Of a DNA stretch of 64,000 nt, positions 1-10,828 are shown piece after piece. Under the pieces are notes generated by a model. That model did no database searches, had not been told where the DNA came from, and saw only the letters and a program-made list of their open reading frames with translations. The stretch spans positions 39,240 through 103,239 of the IMG/VR virus record IMGVR_UViG_3300025264_002028. The stretch is one strand, 5' to 3'. The DNA comes from a virus. Made by a program: the position numbers and the translations under genes. Each line of letters begins with the position of its first letter. Position 1 is the stretch's first letter.

Positions 1-353
1 AGAGATAGACACGAACATGGATTGTGAAATAATCCATCTAAAACGCTTGCGCTAAATGCCACAGAGCTATAAACAATATCATCATCCGTTAAAAAACAAA
101 TATATTCCTGACAAGCGTGGGAAATTGTTTTTTCTATATCACCAAATAAACCTCCACTATCTTCCTCGTTTTGTAATATAAAATTTGTATCAAGACATTC
201 TTTCTGTAAAATCTGATAAGATTGCACATGTTCCGTAGATGCCTGAAATATAACTAATATTTCAGACACTTGTTTAAAATTTCTTTGTATACTATTTAGT
301 GTAAGATCTAGCTGAAGGGCTCTATCTTTACTAAACACGATTGCGGAAATCAT
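1..353 (-). CDS. GT-A fold glycosyltransferase-like protein (partial, runs off window start)
   Basis: Not in ORF track. ATG at 353 reads MISAIVFSKDRALQLDLTLNSI...YICFLTDDDIVY (DxD motif); overlaps the fcl stop. Confidence 0.75.
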   Translation of the reverse strand, partial: MISAIVFSKDRALQLDLTLNSIQRNFKQVSEILVIFQASTEHVQSYQILQKECLDTNFILQNEEDSGGLFGDIEKTISHACQEYICFLTDDDIVYSSVAFSASVLDGLFHNPCSCLS

Positions 354-1275
354 ACCACCATTCCAATGTTTTTTTGAGGCCATCTTCTAAATTTATTTGT
401 GGTTCATATCCTAATAGTCTTTTTGATCTTGATATATCTAAGCATCTTCTAGGTTGGCCGTCTGGCTTAGAAGTGTCCCATTCTATTTTTCCCTTATATC
501 CCATAAGGTCACACAGGAGGTGTATCAAATCAGATATTTTGATTTCTTGTCCAGTACCTACATTGATTGGATCGGCACCAAGCTGTTCATTATCTATAGA
601 TAATCTTATTGCCTGCGCGCAATCATAAACGTATAAAAACTCACGAGAAGCATCACCAGTGCCCCAACATACAACAGAGTCTTTGTTTCCATCTATAGCC
701 TCTTGGATTTTCAGAATTAGAGCAGGAATCACATGGCTGCTTTTTGGATCAAAATTATCGTATGGTCCGTACATATTAACAGGCACAAGATTCACCGAGT
801 TAAAATTATATTGTTTATTATAAGCAATTAAAAGCTCCATCAGGGTTTTTTTGGCTATTCCGTAGGGGGCATTTGTCTCTTCTGGATATCCATTCCATAA
901 ATCATCCTCATTAAAGGGAACAGGAGTAAATTTGGGATATTCGCATACAGTACCCACCATAACAAATCTTTTAAGTTTACCATATTTTCTACAAGATTCA
1001 ATCAAATTTACACCCATAGCCAAATTTTCATACATAAAAAGTCCCGGATTGTCTTTATTAGCCCCAATTCCCCCCACTCTTGCTGCCAAATGTACAACAT
1101 AATCTGGTCTAAATTCTGACAATAAATAGTCTACCTGTTTCTGTTTGGTTAAATCCCACTTGGACTTTCCAGCCAAAGGTATTACATCTGTAAATCCATT
1201 ACTTATTAGATCATCACAAACGGCTTTCCCTAAAAATCCATATGCTCCAGTAACTAAGATTCTATCTTGTTGCAT
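331..1275 (-). CDS. fcl: GDP-L-fucose synthase (extended SDR)
   Basis: GAYGFLG Rossmann motif, HLAARVGGIGAN, YGIAK, NMYGPYDNF, SSHVIPAL, KPDGQPRR. Confidence 0.95.
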   Translation of the reverse strand: MQQDRILVTGAYGFLGKAVCDDLISNGFTDVIPLAGKSKWDLTKQKQVDYLLSEFRPDYVVHLAARVGGIGANKDNPGLFMYENLAMGVNLIESCRKYGKLKRFVMVGTVCEYPKFTPVPFNEDDLWNGYPEETNAPYGIAKKTLMELLIAYNKQYNFNSVNLVPVNMYGPYDNFDPKSSHVIPALILKIQEAIDGNKDSVVCWGTGDASREFLYVYDCAQAIRLSIDNEQLGADPINVGTGQEIKISDLIHLLCDLMGYKGKIEWDTSKPDGQPRRCLDISRSKRLLGYEPQINLEDGLKKTLEWWYDFRNRV

Positions 1276-2323
1276 TTAATTCCTCTTTGGTACGATTCCA
1301 TTTGTTAATGATATCATTAGCTTCTTCAGTATATCCAAATGCTTCCAATATACTACTAATTCTATGAAAGTTTGTATGGCCATCCAACAATATTGCTTTA
1401 CCTTTTTTGGCTAAGTCATTTTTTTCATTTTCGTTTTGAAGATAATAGGCTATCTTATCAGTAAACTCTGCACGAGAACGAGCAGTAGGAACCGTGTCTC
1501 CAAAAATTTTATTTATAGATTCAACATGATCAGAAACACAAAATCCTCCCGCGCATAAAATTTTAAACACTCTTTCGTTTACATCGAATCCAAACTCTTG
1601 AGCATGAGGCTCACTAAGATTGGGAGATATTTTTGCAGAAGCGAATAAGTTTTTAACATCGGAATCATCTATAACTCCGCAATACTGGTTTACACCACTC
1701 CAAGGTTGATTTCCAAATATTTTAATATTGTAATAGCCTACTGGAAAACACAAGGGTAATAAATACTGATCAATTACTAACGACTTGTATGGCCAGTAGC
1801 CACCCACAAAACCAATATCACATGCAAGATGGTCTTGGAAAAAAGAATAATAGTATTCATCAATATCAGCGCACATCATCAATGATAAGGTGTCTATATC
1901 TAAGTTGTCTTTCCAGTGGTTATGCGTAGTGTTCATAGCGTCTTGATCATAGTGTATATGAACAAAGTCTGGCTTTCCTGTTTCTTCTTTTAGTTTTTCT
2001 AACGCTTCCTTTTCTTGATCCGTAGCATATAATATATTAAATTGCGATTTATCTACTTGTTTTTCATGATCGCCCCAATCGCCAGCTCGCAGTCCCACTT
2101 TTAAGTGTGGTCTTTCGTATATACATTTAATCAAAGAGGGTGTAAGATTATATGCTTGGCCCATAAATATATCCGGCTCAAAAGAATCAAAAGCATCAAA
2201 GGGTGATACGGCTTTACAGTCCCATATTGATGCCTCTATTCCTATGGTCCGAAAAGCCTTTAGCCATGCCATTCTTTGATAGAAATGGGCGTGTCTTCCA
2301 TCACTTGATATTAAAATTCTCAT
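1262..2323 (-). CDS. CgeB/YkvP-like glycosyltransferase (Glyco_trans_1_2)
   Basis: DIGFVGG, AKISPN, NERVFKILCAGGFCVSD motifs. Confidence 0.8.
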   Translation of the reverse strand: MRILISSDGRHAHFYQRMAWLKAFRTIGIEASIWDCKAVSPFDAFDSFEPDIFMGQAYNLTPSLIKCIYERPHLKVGLRAGDWGDHEKQVDKSQFNILYATDQEKEALEKLKEETGKPDFVHIHYDQDAMNTTHNHWKDNLDIDTLSLMMCADIDEYYYSFFQDHLACDIGFVGGYWPYKSLVIDQYLLPLCFPVGYYNIKIFGNQPWSGVNQYCGVIDDSDVKNLFASAKISPNLSEPHAQEFGFDVNERVFKILCAGGFCVSDHVESINKIFGDTVPTARSRAEFTDKIAYYLQNENEKNDLAKKGKAILLDGHTNFHRISSILEAFGYTEEANDIINKWNRTKEELNATR

Positions 2324-3017
2324 TCGATAGATCCCTCATACAATCAATTTCTAATATGGACATATTATCCGGTTCATAACAAATAAAACTTCCACCTTTT
2401 GATATTATCAAATTTATTATTTCAAATAGTAACATTTTTTTTATGGTTTCATTTCCTCTCAAGTACAGATTTTTAATTGCTTCAAATTCTTTTCCAGTAA
2501 TATAAGCCATCTGACACCACTTAGTAGATAATCCATATGATAAGATGGTGGCACGTTTATTAACGACCGTCAATCCCACCTCTTTACTGCTGATTTGGTT
2601 TTTATTATCAATTATTAAAAATGACCTATCATACTTAAGTTCGCTAAGAGTATTTAAATTGAAGTAAAGATCTCCATGAAAAAAAAACATACTGTTACTA
2701 GTTGTGTTGTTGATAGCTAATCTTAAGCTTTCAGAAGAAGTTGTTTGATCGTATATCTGATTTTCTACTATCCTTACTTTATTTTTGGTTTTTCTTATAA
2801 TTCTATTTGTAGAATATCCAGTGACTAATATAATATCAGGATGACAAAAGGCATTTTCAAGAACTGATATTTGATGTTCTATTAATGTTCTGGTCCCTAT
2901 TTTAATGAGACTTCTAGGCTCATATGATTTAATTCTTTTACCTACTCCAGCAGATAAGATAGCAACACACACGGAGCCGTTTGATTCTTTTTTTATTTTT
3001 TGTGTAAATCTGCTCAT
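2301..3017 (-). CDS. nucleotidyltransferase (LicC/NTP_transferase-like)
   Basis: ILSAGVGKRIKSYEPRSLI, GDLYF, EIDC; PK lysine replaced by PR. Confidence 0.75.
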   Translation of the reverse strand: MSRFTQKIKKESNGSVCVAILSAGVGKRIKSYEPRSLIKIGTRTLIEHQISVLENAFCHPDIILVTGYSTNRIIRKTKNKVRIVENQIYDQTTSSESLRLAINNTTSNSMFFFHGDLYFNLNTLSELKYDRSFLIIDNKNQISSKEVGLTVVNKRATILSYGLSTKWCQMAYITGKEFEAIKNLYLRGNETIKKMLLFEIINLIISKGGSFICYEPDNMSILEIDCMRDLSNENFNIK

Positions 3018-3799
3018 CGCGCTCTTATAGATGCAACATTGTTTTGGAAAACTTCATTAGTCATTTTCATCGACTGGTTTTGTCCGGTTTCTCGTACAAT
3101 AGAAAGCGGATCAGGAACATGAACGATCATACATATATTTGAAAGTCTTAGCCATAGATCATAATCTTCGATACAACCTATAAAACCTTTACTAGCTGGC
3201 CCATGTAATTGGCTATCAAAAAATTCACCATTTTTCAATATTATATGTTCTAAAAAATCCTTCTTAATTAGGGAGCCGCTATGTACTATGCACCCATTTT
3301 CTAATGCTCTTTTATCGTATGGTAATTTATATTCATGTTTAATATAATTAGTATGCCCATATGTTCTGTGTGTTTCATAGTCACCATACGCAACTCCTAC
3401 CTGACTATCATCAAGCAGTTTTTGTATCAAAACTTCTACTTTTTGAGGCTTGTACATGTCGTCGGCGTCTAAAATACCAAATATTTCGGCCCACTCCCAC
3501 GCTTCCCACATAGCTATATTTCTTGCTGTACTTGCTCCAGAATTGTTTGTTTTATATGCATACAGATTATCTTTTTGTCTTCTTTCTATTGGCCCCGTGT
3601 AATAAGGAGTGTTCATTTCTTCGGCAGAGATTTCATCTGTTATTGATGATATTTTATCCCATGAATCGTCAGATGATCCATCTTCCAACACATACACACG
3701 TATATTTGGATAGGTCTGATTTAATGCGCTATCAATAGCCCCTAAAACATACTCACCATAATTATAATTGCTGATGATGATGGCAACATTAGGATTCAT
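3014..3799 (-). CDS. family 2 glycosyltransferase
   Basis: ISNYNY, EDGSSD, GASTARN, LDADD, EDYDLWLR; start reset to ATG 3799. Confidence 0.9.
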   Translation of the reverse strand: MNPNVAIIISNYNYGEYVLGAIDSALNQTYPNIRVYVLEDGSSDDSWDKISSITDEISAEEMNTPYYTGPIERRQKDNLYAYKTNNSGASTARNIAMWEAWEWAEIFGILDADDMYKPQKVEVLIQKLLDDSQVGVAYGDYETHRTYGHTNYIKHEYKLPYDKRALENGCIVHSGSLIKKDFLEHIILKNGEFFDSQLHGPASKGFIGCIEDYDLWLRLSNICMIVHVPDPLSIVRETGQNQSMKMTNEVFQNNVASIRAR

Positions 3800-4628
3800 T
3801 ATCGTCGATCCATACCCGATCGCCTCGCGAAGCATAGTTTTCATTAAATGTACTCCAAGTAATTATAGTATCTGGATCATCAGTAGGTACCTTTTTTAGT
3901 TTATCAATAAAAGTACCATCAGTATCTGTATCTGTTTTTGCAAAATTAAAAGCAGCAGCCTGAAAAATAAGTCCATTCATATCTTTATAAGGTTCTACTA
4001 CAACCAACCTTTTCATGTCAATGTTTATACGGCGGTGTATTTTTTCCATTAATGTTCGTTCAATACTTTCTCCGCTAGTGGTGACATATATCCAACCATT
4101 TTTTGCGTGCCGAAAAGCACTCTCTATCATTAACCATGGGTCAGGCTGATACATGTTTAATACCATATTATATTCTGTTTCCTCAAACACAAAATGCTTC
4201 ACAAAAAGACTATGAATCTCTTGGTTATATTCTACTTTTTTATTACATACTACAACATATCTTGCCTTATGATCAAGTTGATGCTTTATATCTAATAGTG
4301 TACGCTCTAAGCTTTCTAAAGGATTTTGTGGTGTATCGTCAAAAAGAATAAAAAATCCTACTATAGGTTTGATTTCTGAAAATACAGTTTTTTTAAGGTT
4401 GGATTTTTCTTCCAGAGTGAGTTCTTTGATCCACGGTGTTGGCCTATAGGTATTACAAAATCTATTAGACACAAAATGCGTTTTGCCGTCTTCATTAGTT
4501 TCTACATGATGATCAGGATTAATTTTGTCTACACGATCAATCTTACATCCAGATTGCACATATGCTCCTGATCCATGTACTATTTCTGCAAAAACACATT
4601 TATCGCAACTAAACTTCATTTCTACCAT
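3789..4628 (-). CDS. hypothetical protein, N-terminal Cys cluster, possible degenerate GT-A domain
   Basis: CDKC...C...C motif; embedded in GT operon. Confidence 0.6.
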   Translation of the reverse strand: MVEMKFSCDKCVFAEIVHGSGAYVQSGCKIDRVDKINPDHHVETNEDGKTHFVSNRFCNTYRPTPWIKELTLEEKSNLKKTVFSEIKPIVGFFILFDDTPQNPLESLERTLLDIKHQLDHKARYVVVCNKKVEYNQEIHSLFVKHFVFEETEYNMVLNMYQPDPWLMIESAFRHAKNGWIYVTTSGESIERTLMEKIHRRINIDMKRLVVVEPYKDMNGLIFQAAAFNFAKTDTDTDGTFIDKLKKVPTDDPDTIITWSTFNENYASRGDRVWIDDNES

Positions 4629-5046
4629 TAGGTCGCCTCGCGGTTACAATGCATTGAAAATTATCGTTAGAAAAATCTTTAGACTCTATTTTTAGATAGT
4701 CAGACATTAAATTGCAAATGTCTACCATATTAAATACCGAGGACTTAGAGTTGCCTGCAAATAAACATGTGTTTACATCATGAATACCGATTAAACCTTT
4801 GTTATACTGATGGGACAATAGGTCAAAGTCTAGTTGATAAAATGTAATTTGTGAATCTATTCTCATTTTAGACATGATTTTTTTTATTACGTCCCCTATT
4901 TCTTCAAATTTGAAATTAGCTAAAATATTATCAACTATTATTTCTGTAGCCTCACAATCTTCCACCAAAAGATCCAAGGTATTTAAATCACTAATCCATG
5001 TATAAGAAGCGTCTGATGGTTGACTCTTAGATAAATAAATTCTCAT
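4609..5046 (-). CDS. hypothetical protein (possible degenerate methyltransferase fold)
   Basis: ORF overlapping the next gene; weak resemblance only. Confidence 0.55.
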   Translation of the reverse strand: MRIYLSKSQPSDASYTWISDLNTLDLLVEDCEATEIIVDNILANFKFEEIGDVIKKIMSKMRIDSQITFYQLDFDLLSHQYNKGLIGIHDVNTCLFAGNSKSSVFNMVDICNLMSDYLKIESKDFSNDNFQCIVTARRPNGRNEV

Positions 5047-5148
5047 TTTAATTCCTACCCTCTATTTCAGTATAGTGTACTTAATAATTTTATTTTCTTC
5101 GCGTAGTTGCTAGAATTGTCGCTGCTCTTTTAATCAGACAATTCACAT

Positions 5149-6156
5149 CTACCCATAGTTTTTAATAACACTTCGAAACATTGAGTTCCAAGAATTAATA
5201 AATTTACTCAAGTTAAAATCTTCTTCTATAGTCTTCCTAGCTGCGTCTCCCAATCTTTTGGCTTCATCGGGATCAAACAATAATCTTTCACAAAAAATCT
5301 TTAGTTCAAGGGGGTCATTGCTAAGTAAGCCATTTTTATTATGTGTGATTACATCTGGTATCATACAATTATTGGTACTAACTATAGCGCACCCACATGC
5401 CATAGCCTCCATCAGTGCTGTGGGCACGGGAGAATGGAGGGATGTATTAAGGAACACTGCTGAAGTCTGATATCCTGTTCTCAGCTTTTGTAATGAAGAT
5501 GCAGCCTCTGACAAGCCGGGATTATTACCATATACTTTAACTGGAATACTGCTAGGTTTAACCACTTGATTCCATAAGTTCCATCCGCAGCACCAATCTC
5601 TATTAGGCCAGTCGTTTACCACCGATAAACAAACGGGATTTCTTTTTATTGTATCGTCTGGCTTCCAAAAATTACAATCAACGCCATGTTCTATCACGGA
5701 AGCACTATATTCATTTTTCCCCCATGCATTACGATTATAAGCAGATATAAAACTTTCATGGGTCACTTCTATTTGGTTGAATCCTTGTATCTGCGAAGAC
5801 ATTTCGTATCTTATGTCTGGAAGGACATGAGTGTGGCGTATAATAGGTATATTCAAAAGATCTTGTAGTTGATAAGAAGTATTTATTCTGTTGCAGCTTG
5901 TATGGCATAAAACTAAATCAAAATTTATATGAAATGGAACTTCTGATATGGGAAAATAATTAGAAGGAATTTTGGCATAATCTGTGTTCCATAGTTTGCC
6001 TTCTTTAACAGAATAAAAATTATGTCCGGTTTGACAAAGATTCTGTTCATATCTTTCATGAGTACAAAATGTAAGTATATTTAAAGGATCGATATCTGAC
6101 AGAGATGCTCTACGTAATATAGACTTTATGGATTGCGATGTAGCTTTAGCTGTCAT
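5149..6156 (-). CDS. GT4 (GT-B) glycosyltransferase
   Basis: IEHGVD, PTALMEAMACGCAIVS. Confidence 0.88.
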   Translation of the reverse strand: MTAKATSQSIKSILRRASLSDIDPLNILTFCTHERYEQNLCQTGHNFYSVKEGKLWNTDYAKIPSNYFPISEVPFHINFDLVLCHTSCNRINTSYQLQDLLNIPIIRHTHVLPDIRYEMSSQIQGFNQIEVTHESFISAYNRNAWGKNEYSASVIEHGVDCNFWKPDDTIKRNPVCLSVVNDWPNRDWCCGWNLWNQVVKPSSIPVKVYGNNPGLSEAASSLQKLRTGYQTSAVFLNTSLHSPVPTALMEAMACGCAIVSTNNCMIPDVITHNKNGLLSNDPLELKIFCERLLFDPDEAKRLGDAARKTIEEDFNLSKFINSWNSMFRSVIKNYG

Positions 6157-7255
6157 TGAGAATCCTTTTCATTATATTTCCTACCTTTTTATGGCTATAC
6201 TTAGAGGCTGCCTTTCTAGCTTTAGATTTTTCTTTTTCAAATTCTAGAGGAGACTCTTTATATTTTGTATACATAGACCTCATAGCAAAGGCTAGTTGTT
6301 CTACATTAATCTCGCGCCACTTTGAATTAGCTGTATATAAGTTGGGTAATGTGTCAATAGCCTTATAGCATGGCACTTCTATTGAGGAAACCGAGATTCC
6401 CGAACAAAAATCATCCATCCCAGTTCCTTTAGTATATATTACAGGTATTCCCATAGCCATAGCTTCCATTGCTGGTATACACCAAGCTTCTCCATAGCTA
6501 GGCATTACGAAACAGTGACATTGATTCATTAGAGACAGCAAATCTACTCTATTGAATCTACCACTAATCACTACTTCCTCTTTATAATTTTGTCTAAGTT
6601 TAAGGCCGCTTTTTATGTGGGCAACATATTCTTGAAAAGTTTTCATGCATTCATTGGCGTCAGTATTTGGCCTATTTATTTTTAAAAATAAGTTCACGGG
6701 TTCTGCCGGGTGGAATTCCAAATGAAAAGCTTTAATCAAAGCCTCAATATTTTTTCTGGAAACAAATTCTCCTATAAAGCCAAAATTAAAAGTGCTTCGC
6801 AGTTCTTCCACTTGTGCTCCGATAGGAACATTTTTATAAGACGCAATAGGCAAGGAGTGGGGAATAATTTTAATGGGAACATCTACACCACTTTGTTGTG
6901 AAGCTTTCACTATTTGTTTATTTGGCACCCAAGCTTCATCCATTATATTAATATATTTATGCCACAATGAATCCCTAAAGTTGGATGTCTCTGTCACATA
7001 AAACCCTATATTTTTATATTTTGAATTATAAGAATAGAGGTGTGGTAATGTATGTTGTATACAGATATCAGATCCTGTCGTGTCATTTTGTTCTAACTCT
7101 GTAATTCTTTGTGGAATATCATCAGACATTTCGTCAAAAGAAATAGCACGAGGAACAACATCAATACCAGCCGCATCAATAGCTAATATATTATTGATAC
7201 AAGCGTTCGACCATCCAGTTCCGTCTTTATAATTCCCGACGTACAATATTTTCAT
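6146..7255 (-). CDS. GT4 glycosyltransferase
   Basis: RKNIEALIKAF, PSYGEAWCIPAMEAMAMG. Confidence 0.9.
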   Translation of the reverse strand: MKILYVGNYKDGTGWSNACINNILAIDAAGIDVVPRAISFDEMSDDIPQRITELEQNDTTGSDICIQHTLPHLYSYNSKYKNIGFYVTETSNFRDSLWHKYINIMDEAWVPNKQIVKASQQSGVDVPIKIIPHSLPIASYKNVPIGAQVEELRSTFNFGFIGEFVSRKNIEALIKAFHLEFHPAEPVNLFLKINRPNTDANECMKTFQEYVAHIKSGLKLRQNYKEEVVISGRFNRVDLLSLMNQCHCFVMPSYGEAWCIPAMEAMAMGIPVIYTKGTGMDDFCSGISVSSIEVPCYKAIDTLPNLYTANSKWREINVEQLAFAMRSMYTKYKESPLEFEKEKSKARKAASKYSHKKVGNIMKRILNDS

Positions 7256-8882
7256 GTCTAGTCTGTTCCCACATGTTAAATGATTCTCTTAAATCGCAAA
7301 AGCTTTTGTAGGCTTTTTCTATATTAAATGGTTGTGAAGCCGCCGTTCCTGAGGATGTTATATTGTGAGACTCATTAAAGTAAAAATCTCTATGTGTACT
7401 TTCTACCATACGTTGATATGTTAAATCCCTCACCGTTCTTTTCCATAAGAAATTACCTATCCATTGTGGCTTCCCTAGAACCCTTTCAAACAGATAATTT
7501 GTTTGATCCGTAGCACTAATATCTTGAGGCGGTGGTGTAGTCGCAGGTGTAAAAATCTGAGGAGGCGATAACCAAGTTTGTGTATGGTCTAAAGTTTTTG
7601 TTTCGTGAAAATGTTGTGCCCACACATGCGCTGTTTTATCCCAATTATAATGGGCTAATGTGTTTTCTCTTATTTTAGCTCCTATAGCAGGAAGCGCATC
7701 TAGGTTAGAATATAGTTCTATTAATTTCTCAATCGTATCTGCGTTATTGGGTACAGCCCTATAGCATCCTGTTTCGCACTCCCTATTTAAAGCGAGCGGC
7801 TTGAGTGCTATTCCCTTAATGTTATTTATTACAGATTCCATTGCGGAATATTCTACAGACATAACTGGAACTCCACATTGAGCCGCTTCCAGTTGCGGCA
7901 TCCCAAATCCCTCACTATTAGCATATTGCATATAGATATCGAATAAGTTATATATTTTACAAAAATCATCCTCTTCTACTTTGTTATTTATGCCCGCCAT
8001 GTGACTACTAAATTTTCCACACTTTTTACAAAATGTAAATGAGTCCTTAAAGAAGTTGGGTTGTATCTCATGGCACAAATTGCATTGGTAGGTAAATAGA
8101 ACTCTGTGAGTCAAGTCAAATTCTTGAAGCAATCTTGGAATGTCCCATCCTACATCTGGATAACAAGTATGGCAATATAAATATGTGTCTATAGCCTTTG
8201 TTTCATCTAAAAATTTTCTAAAGACTCTAAATAAATCAGGGTAAAGTTTTCTTTTTTGGTTTCTCATTACAGTACCAATTAAGAATATATTTCCAGAGAT
8301 ACCCATAGATTCCTTATGTTGGACCTTATTGGTAACGGGCTTAAAGTTTGCACTAGCACAAGGAGACGCAATGCCCTTATATTTTATGTCGTCACACTGC
8401 TCAAGAAGTGTATCTCTTCCAAACTCTGAATAAGTAAATACGGCATTTGCACTGGCATATGTAGATACCCACTGTGGATTTTGTGGAAATGCATCTACAG
8501 TGGGCATAATGGACCAGTGAAACAAATCTCTGAATGGAGAACGCGCTTCAAATTCTATCATCCACCAGTCCCTAATGTCTACTACAAAATCAGGCATAAA
8601 GTCTAGTAGTACAGAATTAAATTTGTATTCTCCAAACTGAAAAGAGGGGGACGATTGATATGTACCCCAGTCGGGACCGTTTTGGAGTGGTTGGTTGGGA
8701 TATATTTTCCAAGGCACACTTGGAATGGATGGGTTGTTATCGTCTATATAACACGCTAATTCCGCTACCTCGAATTCAGGCATACAGTGCAATCTAGACA
8801 TAACCTCCTTGCTATAAACAGAATATCCGGTGGGCAAGAAAGAAGCCTCTGTACAAAAAAGTATTTTTTTACGCTTCTTCAT
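7227..8882 (-). CDS. GT4 glycosyltransferase with inserted CxxC/CxxC motif
   Basis: PTGYS, RNQKRK, SEGFGMPQLEAAQCG; CNLC...CKKC insert. Confidence 0.88.
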   Translation of the reverse strand: MKKRKKILFCTEASFLPTGYSVYSKEVMSRLHCMPEFEVAELACYIDDNNPSIPSVPWKIYPNQPLQNGPDWGTYQSSPSFQFGEYKFNSVLLDFMPDFVVDIRDWWMIEFEARSPFRDLFHWSIMPTVDAFPQNPQWVSTYASANAVFTYSEFGRDTLLEQCDDIKYKGIASPCASANFKPVTNKVQHKESMGISGNIFLIGTVMRNQKRKLYPDLFRVFRKFLDETKAIDTYLYCHTCYPDVGWDIPRLLQEFDLTHRVLFTYQCNLCHEIQPNFFKDSFTFCKKCGKFSSHMAGINNKVEEDDFCKIYNLFDIYMQYANSEGFGMPQLEAAQCGVPVMSVEYSAMESVINNIKGIALKPLALNRECETGCYRAVPNNADTIEKLIELYSNLDALPAIGAKIRENTLAHYNWDKTAHVWAQHFHETKTLDHTQTWLSPPQIFTPATTPPPQDISATDQTNYLFERVLGKPQWIGNFLWKRTVRDLTYQRMVESTHRDFYFNESHNITSSGTAASQPFNIEKAYKSFCDLRESFNMWEQTRHENIVRREL

Positions 8883-9213
8883 TAAGATTTTCTTCTCTAT
8901 TATTGTTGAAGATTTTGAAATTGGTTATTCTAAAGTTTACCTTTTGTCTTTTTTCTTCACCAACTGTCCATCTTTGTTGTCTGGCGATAGCTTCTACGGC
9001 AATAAAGTCCCCTTTTTTGCAGTATTTATGAATAGTGGTGGCGCCACTATCCCATGCCTCGAATTCTAGAAAATCCACCCTTTTCTTTTTCGTGCCGTCT
9101 TTATCTTTTCTATGTTCCTCAATAGCCAAAGTAAAGCTTACAAGGTGGGTATTATTTACTTCTTTTAGTCTGGGGTCGGCTACCAGCCTGCCGACAAAAG
9201 TGCATCTATTCAT
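8869..9213 (-). CDS. ssb: single-stranded DNA-binding protein
   Basis: NRCTFVGRLVADP, EAWD, KKGD: bacterial-type SSB OB fold. Confidence 0.9.
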   Translation of the reverse strand: MNRCTFVGRLVADPRLKEVNNTHLVSFTLAIEEHRKDKDGTKKKRVDFLEFEAWDSGATTIHKYCKKGDFIAVEAIARQQRWTVGEEKRQKVNFRITNFKIFNNNREENLNEEA

Positions 9214-9262
9214 AGGGATCTCCAAATTAAGTATGGGGGCTCCTATGTTATATAGACCCTTC

Positions 9263-10828
9263 TTAAATTTGGCACACTTTATTTACAATAATTCCACCAT
9301 CTTCTTTCTTGGATGTCTGTCCCATTAGGATCACCATGTTACCTTCGACTAAAAATTCCTTGTTTTTTTGGTAGTCTTCTGGGAATATGATGACTGAATC
9401 TAGTACGCCAGAGCTATCTTCCACTGATAAAAATGCCATAAGTTGTCCCGGATTTTTACCCTTTTTAGTCTTATATTCTCTTAAGGAATTAATCTGCACA
9501 GCCACATTTACTTTGCCTTTCATGTACCCAAGAGCTACATCTTTACATACAGTATTTACAAGGTTGCTTTGAACATAGTCTGTTTTACCGCAAGTTAAGG
9601 CGCATCCCATGTATTTCTCTTCCGTATCGGCAATCCATATGGGGTCATCTTTGATATCATAAAATGGGTTTTCTAGGGAGTTTTTGATATCTACTACTGT
9701 AATCAGTCTTCTAGAATTAATCTTGAGATTATTGATCATATATCCTATACATTGAATAAGAGTCTCATGGTTGGAATAATTCTCTTTGATATATTTTTGT
9801 TCTCTTGCAGATAGTTGTTTCCAGCTGTCAAACTCATATAGCATTTCATTTCTGTTCTTGTTATTATTTTTACCATTAAAAGCCCCTACAGAAATCAAAG
9901 CCACCACAGCCTGTTTATTCAAAATGGAACATAAGTTATTTAAAATATCAAGCCAATTCCAATCATCTATAGTCTTGTTCAAAATCTCTTCTGTTTCAGG
10001 AAGAAACTTGTTTATCTTATCACATTCTACTTCGCCCACATGTTTAACATTATTGATACCAAAGTAAATTGTTTTTGAGACAGACTGAAAGTTTTTATAT
10101 AGATGCTTCAAACGGGGAGGATATACTTCAATATCATTCATTTTAGCATCAGTCACTAGCTCTTTAATTTCTTGTTTGGGGTCTGGTTTTCTTTTTGCAT
10201 GATTAAGGTAAGTCTTAAAAAATCTCACGGGACGATAGCACTTACAGTATGCACTCCAATAGGCATTGATAGCATAGCTAACAGCGTGGGACTTGTTGAA
10301 AGCATAACGATTGGATTTTTCAATCCATGAAAAAATCTCTTCAGCGACTGCCGTAGTAACAGTGCCTTTATTTTTTGAGCCTTCTAGAAAAGACTTCTTG
10401 ACTTCTGTCATCAAGCCAGCTTTCTTTTTTCCGATAGCCTTACGTAATGAGTCGGCATCCTTTAGACTAAAACCTGCCAGTTCTTGAGCTATCATCATGG
10501 ACTGCTCTTGATAAACAAGCACCCCATATGTTTCTTCTAGGATGCGTTCTAAAGATTCATGTGGATATGTTACAGGATCAGTTTTGGATTTTCTATCTAC
10601 ATAATGTTGCGTCATAGACTTATCATCCGTAAAAGCTTTAAGACAGCCGGGACGGATTAGTGAAATAAGAGCGGCTAGTTCTTGAATATTTCGGGGGGCT
10701 ACCCTTCTAGCCCATGAACGTCCGAGTTGCGACTCTAGCTGAAATACTCCCTTTGTCCTACCATCACATATGAGATCCCACACCCTATCATCGTGAAAAT
10801 CGTTCATGTTAAACGTAAAATTCGCCAT
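9263..10828 (-). CDS. dnaE: DNA polymerase III alpha, C-terminal half (fingers, HhH, OB)
   Basis: GVFQLES, LIRPG, TYGVLVYQEQ, YAFNKSHA, MAFLSVED OB fold. Confidence 0.92.
   Translation of the reverse strand: MANFTFNMNDFHDDRVWDLICDGRTKGVFQLESQLGRSWARRVAPRNIQELAALISLIRPGCLKAFTDDKSMTQHYVDRKSKTDPVTYPHESLERILEETYGVLVYQEQSMMIAQELAGFSLKDADSLRKAIGKKKAGLMTEVKKSFLEGSKNKGTVTTAVAEEIFSWIEKSNRYAFNKSHAVSYAINAYWSAYCKCYRPVRFFKTYLNHAKRKPDPKQEIKELVTDAKMNDIEVYPPRLKHLYKNFQSVSKTIYFGINNVKHVGEVECDKINKFLPETEEILNKTIDDWNWLDILNNLCSILNKQAVVALISVGAFNGKNNNKNRNEMLYEFDSWKQLSAREQKYIKENYSNHETLIQCIGYMINNLKINSRRLITVVDIKNSLENPFYDIKDDPIWIADTEEKYMGCALTCGKTDYVQSNLVNTVCKDVALGYMKGKVNVAVQINSLREYKTKKGKNPGQLMAFLSVEDSSGVLDSVIIFPEDYQKNKEFLVEGNMVILMGQTSKKEDGGIIVNKVCQI

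Noticed and set aside
5100-5148. Inverted repeat GAATTGTC/GACAATTC between GT genes
   Set aside because: Short stem, large loop and no U-tract; not enough to call.
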